Shown here piece after piece: positions 1-8,220 of a stretch of 16,595 bases of DNA (the stretch's first letter is position 1; every line of letters starts with the position of its first letter). Under the pieces are notes generated by a model, which searched no databases, had not been told where the DNA came from, and saw only the letters and a list, made by a program, of their open reading frames with translations. Location: assembly GCA_963848295.1 (NCBI GenBank), contig CAWKDB010000008.1, positions 1-16,595 on the forward strand, read 5' to 3'. Source of the stretch: an uncultured delta proteobacterium (lineage in GTDB: Bacteria; Myxococcota_A; Polyangia; Haliangiales; Haliangiaceae). The position numbers and the translations under genes are program-made.

Positions 1-1
1 G

Positions 2-34
2 AAATATCACGACGGCGCGGAGACGTATCACTAG
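2..34 (+). CDS. possible 3' end of an upstream gene (KYHDGAETYH*)
   Basis: Open frame from the window edge to TAG at 32-34; too short to verify. Confidence 0.3.
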   Translation, partial: KYHDGAETYH

Positions 35-46
35 CGCCGCCCCCTC

Positions 47-215
47 GCGGCAGCGTGCGCTGGAGCGGTGACCTTGGGTCCCTGCGCGCGGCGCGCGGTG
101 CGCGGTGCGGGACAACGGGCAGCGCATCGCGTTTTGATGCGCCGACGCATGATGATCGGCTTGGAAGCTACGCGCTTGGCACCCAAGGTACCGCTCTGGT
201 CGCGCGCGCTGCCGC
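47..215 (+). repeat. structured intergenic repeat / candidate ncRNA, copy 1
   Basis: Long closing stem (47-60/202-215, 61-69/190-198, 71-79/181-189). Positions 76-175 match the reverse complement of 4999-5097 at about 89/100 by hand alignment, including 36 identical nt (140-175). Confidence 0.85.
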
Positions 216-314
216 TCATGCCGTCGACGCACGACGCCTGACGATATTTGGCAGCTCGGGTGACGTTCTTCGGCCATGTGTTCGCCGGATCGACGCTAGG
301 AGACCGCTTGACGC

Positions 315-330
315 CGGCATGAGTGGTGCA
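315..330 (+). promoter_or_regulatory. putative sigma54 -24/-12 promoter
   Basis: CGGCATGAGTGGTGCA has GG-N10-GC spacing and resembles TGGCACG-N4-TTGCW; it ends 14 nt before the ATG at 345. Confidence 0.5.
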
Positions 331-344
331 CGTCGGATCGACGC

Positions 345-2042
345 ATGAGAGCACTCACGTGGTTGGGGTCGGTCGCGGCGTTGGCTCTGTTCATGGCGTG
401 CGGTGATTCGGTCACGCCTGAACAGCTCGTCGCAACGATCGCCGAGCCGGCGGGAGCTAATTGCGCTGCCGGTGGTGTAGCGATCGAGACCGGGCGCGAT
501 GACAACAGCAACGGCGAGCTCGATCCCTCCGAGGTCACGAGCACGACGTACGTCTGCCAGCCGTTGCCGGCCGCGCCGCGCGAGCTCGTGACGGTGGTCA
601 ACGAGCCCGCGGGTGCGAACTGCGCCGAGGGCGGTGAGGCGATCGAGATCGGGCTCGACGTGAACGACAATGGCACGCTAGACGCCGGCGAGATCACGAG
701 CACGTCGTACGTCTGCGCGGCGGCGCCGGGAGTCGCGGTGCTCGTCGCAGTGGTCGGCGAGCCGGCGGGCGATAACTGTCCGGCGGGCGGACAAGCGATC
801 GAGACCGGCGCGGATACGAACGGCAACGGCGTGCTCGATGAATCCGAGGTCGCGTCGACGTCGTACGTGTGCAGCGGTGCCGACGGCTCGAACGGCTCGA
901 ACGGCGAGCGCGCGTTGGTACGGGTCGATGCCGAGCCGGAGGGCCCGAACTGCAGTGGCGGTGGCAGCGCGATCCACGTCGGGCTCGACACGAACAACGA
1001 CGGCATCCTCGAGAACAACGAGATCACCGCGACGACGTACCTGTGCGGCCCGCCGCCGAATCCGACCGTGATCTATGGCGATGTCACGGTCGTAAACTCG
1101 CAACAGCTCGCGCAGCTCGACGGCGTGCAGGTGGTCACCGGCAGTCTTTCGATCAACGTGCCCGCGCCGATCAGTTTGCCATCGCTACAGCACGTCGGTT
1201 ACATGGCGAGGATCGATGGCACCGGTGCGGTCTCGCTGCCGAACCTGATCGATGTCTCGAGCGCGCTCGAAGTGACGACGGGCGGATTGCTCGACCTTTC
1301 GAGCTTGGTGTCGGCGCAAAGCGTCAGCTTGAGCGGAACGATGACCGGGGTCTCGCTGCCGGTGCTCGGAACCAATTCGTTCGGTTTCGGTCAGGTCGTG
1401 ATTCAGGGCGCGAGCCTCACTTCGGTGTCGTTGCCGCAGCTCACGAACGGCAGTATCAGCATTGACTCCAACTGCACGACCGAGTGCGCTCCGCAGCTCA
1501 CGTCGATCTCTCTGCCGGCGTTCGAGTCTGGCGAGGTGGAGATCGCAGGAGCAGGTGCGACCGCGGTAGCGCTGCCCGCGATGACGAGCGGGTCGCTAGC
1601 GGTGCAGTACTCCCCGAACGCTAGCTCGATTTCAGTCCCGCTGCTCGCCAGCGGCGGCGTCGACGCCACCTCGCTGCCGTCGCTCGCCGAGCTCGACTTG
1701 CCGTCACTCGTCACCGGTGGGTTCTACATTAACGATGACGCAATACTCACGACGATCTCAGCTCCACTGTTCGTCGGCGATGCGACGAGTAGCGTGACCG
1801 CGTTCAGCGCTCCGCTGCTGTCCGAGCTGCATCTCGAAGGTGTGCAAGCGCTCGAATCGCTCCATGTCCAGCAATGCCCGGTGCTCACCGCGATCGACGC
1901 GGCCGACCTCACCGCGGTTACCTATTTCACGATCGAGAACAACGCGACGTTCCCGACGTGCGCGGCACAAGCGCTCGCCGCGCAGGCCGACGCCACGAAC
2001 ATCACGATCTCCGGCAACGACGACGCGGCGATCTGCCCGTAG
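345..2042 (+). CDS. lipoprotein with four Cys-containing repeats (DUF7151-type) and a C-terminal LRR/receptor-L-like solenoid
   Basis: 565 aa; signal peptide ending FMAC; four EPxGxNCxxGGxAIxxGxDxNxxGxL(D/E)xxE(V/I)xxTxY(V/L)C repeats; recurring (V/I)SLPxL units in the C-terminal half. Confidence 0.85.
   Translation: MRALTWLGSVAALALFMACGDSVTPEQLVATIAEPAGANCAAGGVAIETGRDDNSNGELDPSEVTSTTYVCQPLPAAPRELVTVVNEPAGANCAEGGEAIEIGLDVNDNGTLDAGEITSTSYVCAAAPGVAVLVAVVGEPAGDNCPAGGQAIETGADTNGNGVLDESEVASTSYVCSGADGSNGSNGERALVRVDAEPEGPNCSGGGSAIHVGLDTNNDGILENNEITATTYLCGPPPNPTVIYGDVTVVNSQQLAQLDGVQVVTGSLSINVPAPISLPSLQHVGYMARIDGTGAVSLPNLIDVSSALEVTTGGLLDLSSLVSAQSVSLSGTMTGVSLPVLGTNSFGFGQVVIQGASLTSVSLPQLTNGSISIDSNCTTECAPQLTSISLPAFESGEVEIAGAGATAVALPAMTSGSLAVQYSPNASSISVPLLASGGVDATSLPSLAELDLPSLVTGGFYINDDAILTTISAPLFVGDATSSVTAFSAPLLSELHLEGVQALESLHVQQCPVLTAIDAADLTAVTYFTIENNATFPTCAAQALAAQADATNITISGNDDAAICP
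420..1046 (+). repeat. four intragenic ~50-aa tandem repeats
   Basis: Visible in the translation; each contains a DxNxxGxL(D/E)xxE Ca-binding-like loop and two Cys. Confidence 0.9.
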
Positions 2043-2061
2043 CGCCGGCTCGCGCATCACG

Positions 2062-2412
2062 CTAGTACTCCGCCAGAGAGATTTTGATCGGTTGCCAACG
2101 CAGCGACCGAGCGGTCGCCCACGATCGCTTCGAGCGGCGCGGCGATCGCGCTAGCGCGCGAGTTGGCGTGTGGACCGCGTGGCCCAGCGTCTCCTCGCGC
2201 GCCTGCCCGCGCTCTCCGCGGGCTTTCCCTCGCGGCGCGCCGCGCTCAGCCACCCGCGCGCAGGCGTTGGCGCGGCGGTGGGCGCCGCTCCGTACATCGG
2301 ACGACGGCTCACCCGGTTTCGCTCGCGATCTCGCCAACGCGCGGCGCGGCCAGCGAGGCGGTCCCCTTCAACCCGCGAGGGCTCGAAGCGCTCGCGCGCT
2401 CGCGCAGTTTAG
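2062..2412. mobile_element. candidate MITE related to the 9390-9908 element
   Basis: CTAG-TACTCCGCCAGAGAGATTTTGATCGGTTG matches the right end of the 9390-9908 element. A degenerate inverted end (8/10) lies at 2399-2408, followed by TTAG. The interior folds into a long hairpin. Confidence 0.5.
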
Positions 2413-3240
2413 TTGGCGAGCGGTTCCGAATAATGCTGCTGGACGATCCGCCAGCCCGCCTTCTCGTTCTGGAGCACGAGCAGCGTCCGGTACGTCGTGC
2501 ACAGCTGCGCCGGCGCGGCGACGGCGAGCGCGATCCACATCAGCTCGCCGTCGGGCCCACTGCCGGCACGCGCCGGCAGCTCGTCAACGGGGGCGAGCGA
2601 GTAGGCCCCGATCGACCATTTCTTGAAGATCGACTTGATCGACGCGCCGCCGGTGAACAACTCATCGGGCGCGCTGCCGATCACGAGCGCGTTCTTGTCG
2701 TCGGACAGCACCTTGACGAAGCGGTTGTCGCGCAACGCCTCTAGAACAGACCGCACCGGCGCTTCGAGATCCTTGGGCACGCTCGGCTTGACGTTCCACT
2801 CGTTCATGACCGCGCCGCACATCTCGACGACCCGGTTCGGCACCGCAACCGACCAGTGCGTGGCCGTCACCTGCCAGCCGTTCGCGGCGAGTACGAGGAA
2901 CGCACTCACTCGCATGATCTCGCGTTCCGGAGGTTTCGGCCACGAGCCACGCCGACTTGCCGGTTCTCGACGTGACGACCGTGGTCACTTTGACCTTTAC
3001 CTTGGCGACCAGCGTCCGCAATTTCGACAGGTCCTTGGGGACAGGATCGTCGTCGTGATACGGCGTGATGAAGGTATCGACCGAGCTGGGCATCGGCTGA
3101 TTCGCGGCCAAGCCCTCGACGAACGCGGTGAACGCTTTAGTTACGTCGGCGGCCGGATCAGCAGCGGCGATCGAGGGCGCGAGCAGCAGGGCGAGCAACG
3201 CGATCCGCGTCGAGCCATCGTACCTGGTCTCGCTCGTCAC
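2409..3240 (-). pseudogene. secreted double SnoaL/NTF2-like protein, frameshifted near 2935 (pseudogene or sequence error)
   Basis: ORF 2662-3240 has a signal peptide and runs to ...AWLVAE; ORF 2409-2915 continues RVSAFLVLAANGWQVTATHWS. The second domain ends GWRIVQQHYS, typical of NTF2/SnoaL C-terminal strands. Confidence 0.7.
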
Positions 3241-3281
3241 CGCCGGAGCGCACGCTCGTTATGGCGACGCTGCCCTGCAAG

Positions 3282-3290
3282 TGATACGGT
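3282..3290 (+). promoter_or_regulatory. extended -10 box, leaderless-type
   Basis: TGA-TACGGT lies 7 nt before ATG 3298; no Shine-Dalgarno sequence. Confidence 0.55.
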
Positions 3291-3297
3291 CCGGGCC

Positions 3298-4785
3298 ATG
3301 CGGGCCCTCGTTTTCGCGCTGATCGCGGTGGCGCGGACCGCCGCCGCCGGCCCGACGAAGTGCCCGACGGGCGGGAACCGGTCGACGTGCCACGCACTCG
3401 CCGTGCGCGCCCACCTAGGCGTCGGTGGCGGAGTCGATCTCACAGCCGCCAAGAGCCTGTACGCCGATGCGTGCGCGCAGCGCATGGCGGCGAGTTGCAA
3501 CAACCTCGCGGTGCTCGCACTGGTCCATCCCGAGCTCGGCAAGGATGTCGAACCCAAAGGGCTGTTCGAGGCGGCGTGCAGCCAGCTCGAGAGTGTCGCC
3601 TGTGACAACGCGCGACGGCTCGCGAGTCACAAGGAGCTCGCGATCCAGCTCGCGCTCCCCGGCTCGTCACTTACAGAGGGCGCCGATTGCTGGCACGAGC
3701 TGGAGCGCGCCGCGTGTCACGAGGGTGACGTGTTCCGCTGCGACGACCCGACGTCTCGCGCGAGGGTGGCCGCAGCTCTCGCGGAAGAGTGCCGGTCCGG
3801 CGTCTCTGCGACGTGCTTCGATGCCGCGACGCGTGCCACTGACGATGCGACGATCTCGAGTCTGCTTGGCCTCGCCTGCACCGCGCACGACGGCAAGGCA
3901 TGCCACGTCCTCGCGACGCGCAAGGCGGCCGCCGGCGCCAAGGACGAGGCGTTAGTCGATCTCTGGAAGGGCGCCTGCAGTGACAAGGACTTCGCGCTCA
4001 CCGACGAGGATGCAGCGGCTCGGAGCGCGGCGTGCGCGCGCTGGGGTACAGCCACGCGCAAGCGAGCCGACCAGCTCCAGGCCGCCGCACTCGCGGCGGA
4101 GTACTGCACGGCCGGCAAGCCGGGCGCGTGCGCGGTCGGCGAACAGCTCTACGACCGCACCGGTGATCACGCGAAGGCGTTCGCGATCGTCAAGCTGCAG
4201 TGCAACGACGATCCTCAAACACCGGCATGTCGCGACCTCGGCGAGCGATATGTCGTTGGCAACGGCACGGCGATCGATGTCGCCAAGGGTCTGGCTGTGC
4301 TCGGCGGAAGCTGCCCGAAAGATCTCGCCTGGCCCTCGTGCAAGCGGATCGGGCGATACCTCGAAGGCCAGAAGCAGTGGCTCGATGCGGGGACCGCGTA
4401 CAACATCTACTGCGACGCAGGCAACGTCGAAGCCTGCTATCTGAGGGCGCGCGCGATCGAGGCCGATCCAAGTGACGTCACCTGCGCGCAGAAACCGTCG
4501 GTACCCGAGCTCAAAGCGATCTACGACGAGCTGTGCGCGAAGAAATATCAGGACTCGTGTCGACGCAGTGCCGGGATGTGCGCGCGCGCGATGACCGACT
4601 ACCTCAAGCCGGCCTCGTGCGGCAGTGGGGTGGGTGACGGGGTCGCTCGGTTTGGCCCGCGCTACCACTCGGTGATCGAGTTGTGCCCCAAGACCTCGTG
4701 GACGCCGGCGGTCCGCAAGGAGATGGACAAGGTCGACGCGTACTGTCGACAGTTCGAGCTCTCCGGCGGTCAATGCGATCGTTAA
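3298..4785 (+). CDS. secreted Cys-rich Sel1-like (HcpB-type) repeat protein
   Basis: Start moved to ATG 3298 (MRALVFALIAVARTAAA signal peptide), 495 aa; repeated AC-x(5-7)-C-xxL(A/G) helical units, e.g. ACAQRMAASCNNLA and ACRDLGERYVVGNGTAIDVAKG. Confidence 0.85.
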   Translation: MRALVFALIAVARTAAAGPTKCPTGGNRSTCHALAVRAHLGVGGGVDLTAAKSLYADACAQRMAASCNNLAVLALVHPELGKDVEPKGLFEAACSQLESVACDNARRLASHKELAIQLALPGSSLTEGADCWHELERAACHEGDVFRCDDPTSRARVAAALAEECRSGVSATCFDAATRATDDATISSLLGLACTAHDGKACHVLATRKAAAGAKDEALVDLWKGACSDKDFALTDEDAAARSAACARWGTATRKRADQLQAAALAAEYCTAGKPGACAVGEQLYDRTGDHAKAFAIVKLQCNDDPQTPACRDLGERYVVGNGTAIDVAKGLAVLGGSCPKDLAWPSCKRIGRYLEGQKQWLDAGTAYNIYCDAGNVEACYLRARAIEADPSDVTCAQKPSVPELKAIYDELCAKKYQDSCRRSAGMCARAMTDYLKPASCGSGVGDGVARFGPRYHSVIELCPKTSWTPAVRKEMDKVDAYCRQFELSGGQCDR

Positions 4786-4960
4786 CAAGGCCAGCGGAGC
4801 ACGATCAGTCTCACGCCAGCGCGCGCTGTTGCGTTCGTTACGTTCATCGCCGCAAACGTGAATGCGCGTTCGCCGTGATCGTGATTGCTCATGACGGCAT
4901 CGGTGGAAACAGCCGCGGTGATTCGACGAACCCGTCGAAACGTCAGCGTTCGCGATCTCG

Positions 4961-5125
4961 CCAGCGCGCGCGACAGGCGGAGCTGCGCAGGGTCCCGTGC
5001 GCGTAGCTTCCAAGCCGATCATCATGCGTCGGCGTACCAAAACGCGTTGCACCGCCCGTCGTCCCGCGCCGCCCTTCGCGCGCCGCGCGCGGGACCCTGT
5101 GACAGCGCAGCCAGCGCGCGCGTTC
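4961..5125 (-). repeat. structured intergenic repeat / candidate ncRNA, copy 2
   Basis: Inverted copy of 47-215; own stem CAGGGTCCC/GGGACCCTG (4988-4996/5091-5099); lies just downstream of the sigma factor stop. Confidence 0.85.
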
Positions 5126-5148
5126 GCGGTCTCCACGGCGCGAGAAGG

Positions 5149-6024
5149 CTAGCTGTCTCGCAGGAACCGCGTGACACTGGCTTCGAGCTTGCTCTGGACG
5201 AGCCGGATCACGCTCGCGACTTCTTCGACCGGCAGCTCGAGGCGATCGGCGAGCCGGCGGTGCGTGCACGATACGAGCGATGCGCGCGCGCGATTGATCC
5301 AGCGCGCGGCGGTGGCGCGATGCACGCCGAACGCGGCGCCGATCTCGTCGATCGACATGTCGTCGACGATTTGCTGGCGCAGCACCATGCGATCCTCCAG
5401 CGTCAAGTCGTTGACCGCTTCGTGCAGCGCGGCCGCGAATTCGGCGCGGTATTCGGCTTTGAGCATCTCGAAGCCGGGGTCGATGCCGCTGGTCAGCAGC
5501 AGATCGAGCGTGCGATCGACCGGTTGTTCGCGCAGGTACTTCTTCTTGACCCGAATCAGCTCGCGCGTCGCGGTGATCCGGAGCCAGCCGCCGAGCGGGC
5601 CGCGGCCGCGATAACCGGCGATCCCGGGCGGCTTGTCGTTTTGCGCGACGAGCAGCTGCAGCCGCAGCATCTGTTTGACCTCGCTGATCTGATCGGCGGA
5701 GGCCTGGGTCGCACCGCCGGCGGCATCGACCTCGACGAGCACCTGCTCGAACGCGGCGATCGCGGTTTGCTCGTTAGCGGTGCACGCTGCGGCGAGTGCG
5801 AGATCGGCGGCGGGCGCGGCGGCGAGTGCGACCCCGAGCTCTTCGCCATAGATCCGCTCGGCGACAAACGGGATCAGCTGCGCCTCGGTCAGCTTCACGC
5901 TCGGCCAGCGCATGCGCGCCGCGGCGAACAGAGCTTCCCAAGCGGCCTGCGCCGCAACATCAGACGCGACAGACAGTTTGCTCAGTTCGGCGAGCTGGCG
6001 GACGACCTCGGACACCGCGGTCAT
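5149..6024 (-). CDS. ECF-type sigma-70 factor, myxobacterial family (TIGR03001-like)
   Basis: Motifs DLALAAAC, YRGRGPLGGWLRITATR and region-4 HTH MSIDEIGAAFGVHRATAARW; likely ATG at 6024, 291 aa. Confidence 0.85.
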   Translation of the reverse strand: MTAVSEVVRQLAELSKLSVASDVAAQAAWEALFAAARMRWPSVKLTEAQLIPFVAERIYGEELGVALAAAPAADLALAAACTANEQTAIAAFEQVLVEVDAAGGATQASADQISEVKQMLRLQLLVAQNDKPPGIAGYRGRGPLGGWLRITATRELIRVKKKYLREQPVDRTLDLLLTSGIDPGFEMLKAEYRAEFAAALHEAVNDLTLEDRMVLRQQIVDDMSIDEIGAAFGVHRATAARWINRARASLVSCTHRRLADRLELPVEEVASVIRLVQSKLEASVTRFLRDS

Positions 6025-6050
6025 TGTCGCATGTGTCAGAATGCGAAGCG

Positions 6051-8156
6051 GTGGACTGTCTGGACGCAAACGCCGTGCAAGACCTCATGTCGGGGTCGCT
6101 CGACGTCGCGGCCCGTCATTCGGTGCTGCTTCACCTCGACGGCTGCGACGACTGCCGCGAGCTGTTGACCGTGACCGCGAAGGTCGCCTCGCGCGAAGGG
6201 CTCGGCGGCACGTTGCCGCTGCCGGAGCGGTTGCGGCCGCCGGCCGATATCGGGCTCGATGCGACGATCGCTCCCGCGCTCGGCGACACCCAGCTCGCGA
6301 GCGATGCCGCGCTGGCTCACACGATCGCGCCGCTGCCGATGAGCCACGTCCGCGCGATCACGCAGCCCGGCGCGACCGGGACGCCGTTCGGGCGCTATCA
6401 ACTGATGGAGCGGCTCGGCGCCGGCGCGATGGGCGTGGTCTTTCGCGCGCGCGATCGCGATCTCGATCGCGACGTCGCGGTCAAGCAGCTGCGCAAGCCC
6501 GACATCGCGCTGACCGAGCGCCTCATGCTCGAGGCGCGCTCGATGGCGCAGGTCAACCATCCGAACGTCGTCCATGTCTACGACGTCGGCGTGGTGTCCG
6601 GCTCGACGTACATCGCGATGGAGCTCGTCGAAGGTCAGAGCTTGCGCCAGTGGCAGGGCGCGAAGGATCGCACGCTGCCCGAGATCGTCGCGGCGTATGT
6701 CGCGGCGGGGCGCGGGCTGGCCGCGGCGCACGCCTCCGGCATCGTTCACCGCGACTTCAAGCCGGACAACGTGTTGGTCGGCACCGACGAGCGCGTTCGG
6801 GTCACCGACTTCGGGCTCGCATCGGCAAAGCCGACGCCGGGTCGACCGTCGTTGACCGGCGACGTCAACCTGACGACTGAAGGCTCGGTGCTCGGCACCC
6901 CGGCGTACATGGCGCCGGAGCAGTTCGCCGGCGGCAACGTCGACTCGCGCACCGATCAGTTCAACTTCTGCGTCGCGTTGTACGAGGCGCTGTACGGGCA
7001 TCGCCCGTTCGACGGCAAGACGTTCATGGAGCTCGGCGACAACGTCGCTGCGGGCAAGGTCAAGTCACCACCGGCAAACACGCGGGTCAGCGGCGGGTTG
7101 CATGCGATCGTGTTGCGCGGGTTGGCGGTCAAACCGGGCGACCGGTTTCCGACGATGGATCACTTGCTCGAGCAGCTCGGTCGCGATCGCGCGCGACCGT
7201 GGCGGAGGACCTCGATCACCGCGCTCGCGATCGCCGCAGCACTCGGCCTCGGGCTCGTAGCCGACTACGTGGTGCGCGATCGCGTCGACGGCGACATCAA
7301 GCAATCATTCGAGGCGACCGGGAAGCAGTTCGAGCGCGCGGTCGGCCTCCAGGCAAAACAGTTTCGTGCGCTGTCGAGCCTGGTCTCTCAGCTCAAGGCG
7401 ATGCTCGACGTCTCGAGTCACCGCGATCAAGCCGACTTCGGGCTCGCGACTCCGGAGCAGGACGAGCAAGATCTCGCCGACGTCCGTGCGGAGTTGCTGT
7501 CGCAAGACTGGAAGCGATTGACCGGGCTCGGCCAGGGCTCGCTCGCGGTGATCGACTACAAGGGTCGGCTCCTGTACTCGAGTGCCGCGCCGACCGAGTG
7601 GAAGGGCAGGCTCGGTACTCTGCCCGCGGTCAAGCGCGCGCTCGACGCCGGCAAGGGCGACTTCGTGACGATGGTGCGCTACGACGAACCGGCACTCGCG
7701 AGGGCCAAGGTGTTCGGGGCGAAGCCACCGCAGGGCGTCGCGATGATGTTCACGCGTACGCTCGATCACGGCGGCGAGCCGGGCGGCTTGTTCATGCAAT
7801 TCGTCGATGGCAACGATCTGCTGTCCGTGATTCGCCTCGACGGCACCGCGCTCGGGCTCGTCGCGATGGACGGCACCGCGATCGGCGAGGTCCCGATCGC
7901 GCTCGTGCGCAGCGCTCCGGCGAGCGGCAAGATCGCGCATGTCACGCTCGATGGCGTCGTGTACGAGGTCCAAGCCCGGCCGTTACCCGACTTCTCGGGA
8001 CAACCGATCGGGCTCATGGTGATGGCGCAACCGCTCAGCGGCGTGCTGTCGGGGTTGTTCCCGGGCGCGCGTACGGTGTTCGCGCTCGCTGCGCTCGCTG
8101 CGCTCGTGCTGTTCGGCGCGACCGCGATGCGCGCGCGCAAGATCGCCGGCGCCTAA
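6051..8156 (+). CDS. Ser/Thr protein kinase with N-terminal HxxxCxxC zinc finger and TM-extracytoplasmic (Cache-like)-TM C-terminus
   Basis: HLDGCDDC; kinase motifs GAGAMGVV, VAVK, HRDFKPDN, DFG, GTPAYMAPE; hydrophobic segments near 7209-7274 and 8072-8130. Start GTG 6051 (alternative 6033). Confidence 0.9.
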   Translation: MDCLDANAVQDLMSGSLDVAARHSVLLHLDGCDDCRELLTVTAKVASREGLGGTLPLPERLRPPADIGLDATIAPALGDTQLASDAALAHTIAPLPMSHVRAITQPGATGTPFGRYQLMERLGAGAMGVVFRARDRDLDRDVAVKQLRKPDIALTERLMLEARSMAQVNHPNVVHVYDVGVVSGSTYIAMELVEGQSLRQWQGAKDRTLPEIVAAYVAAGRGLAAAHASGIVHRDFKPDNVLVGTDERVRVTDFGLASAKPTPGRPSLTGDVNLTTEGSVLGTPAYMAPEQFAGGNVDSRTDQFNFCVALYEALYGHRPFDGKTFMELGDNVAAGKVKSPPANTRVSGGLHAIVLRGLAVKPGDRFPTMDHLLEQLGRDRARPWRRTSITALAIAAALGLGLVADYVVRDRVDGDIKQSFEATGKQFERAVGLQAKQFRALSSLVSQLKAMLDVSSHRDQADFGLATPEQDEQDLADVRAELLSQDWKRLTGLGQGSLAVIDYKGRLLYSSAAPTEWKGRLGTLPAVKRALDAGKGDFVTMVRYDEPALARAKVFGAKPPQGVAMMFTRTLDHGGEPGGLFMQFVDGNDLLSVIRLDGTALGLVAMDGTAIGEVPIALVRSAPASGKIAHVTLDGVVYEVQARPLPDFSGQPIGLMVMAQPLSGVLSGLFPGARTVFALAALAALVLFGATAMRARKIAGA

Positions 8157-8220
8157 CACGAGTGTGTCGGCGCCATCGCGAGTCTACCGTTTGCCCGCGA
8201 GCCCGATGTAGTGTGCGAGC

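Noticed and set aside
47..215. Retron msr-msd, 6S RNA, tRNA or hammerhead identity for the structured repeat
   Set aside because: No reverse transcriptase in the window, no cloverleaf or T-loop, and no CUGAUGA/GAAA core. It cannot be assigned by eye.
2623..3297. N-terminal extension of the 720-aa ORF
   Set aside because: Antisense to the SnoaL-like gene; the signal peptide starts at 3298.
4780..4843. attC-like site starting at the TAAC of the Sel1 stop
   Set aside because: Lacks matching RYYYAAC/GTTRRRY boxes; no integrase or cassette array.
47..5125. Inverted repeat copies bracketing three genes as a composite transposon or invertible segment
   Set aside because: No transposase or recombinase, the outer arms are diverged and no target duplication is seen. 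Orientation is explained by each copy following its upstream gene.
4885..6168. Long alternative-frame ORFs (427 aa here; also 3952-5136, 11162-12646, 13417-15003, 14165-15400)
   Set aside because: Arg/Ala-rich shadow frames of real genes in high-GC DNA with no recognisable motifs.
8148..8174. Hairpin over the kinase stop (GCCTAAC...) as attC or terminator
   Set aside because: Too short for attC and no U-tract.
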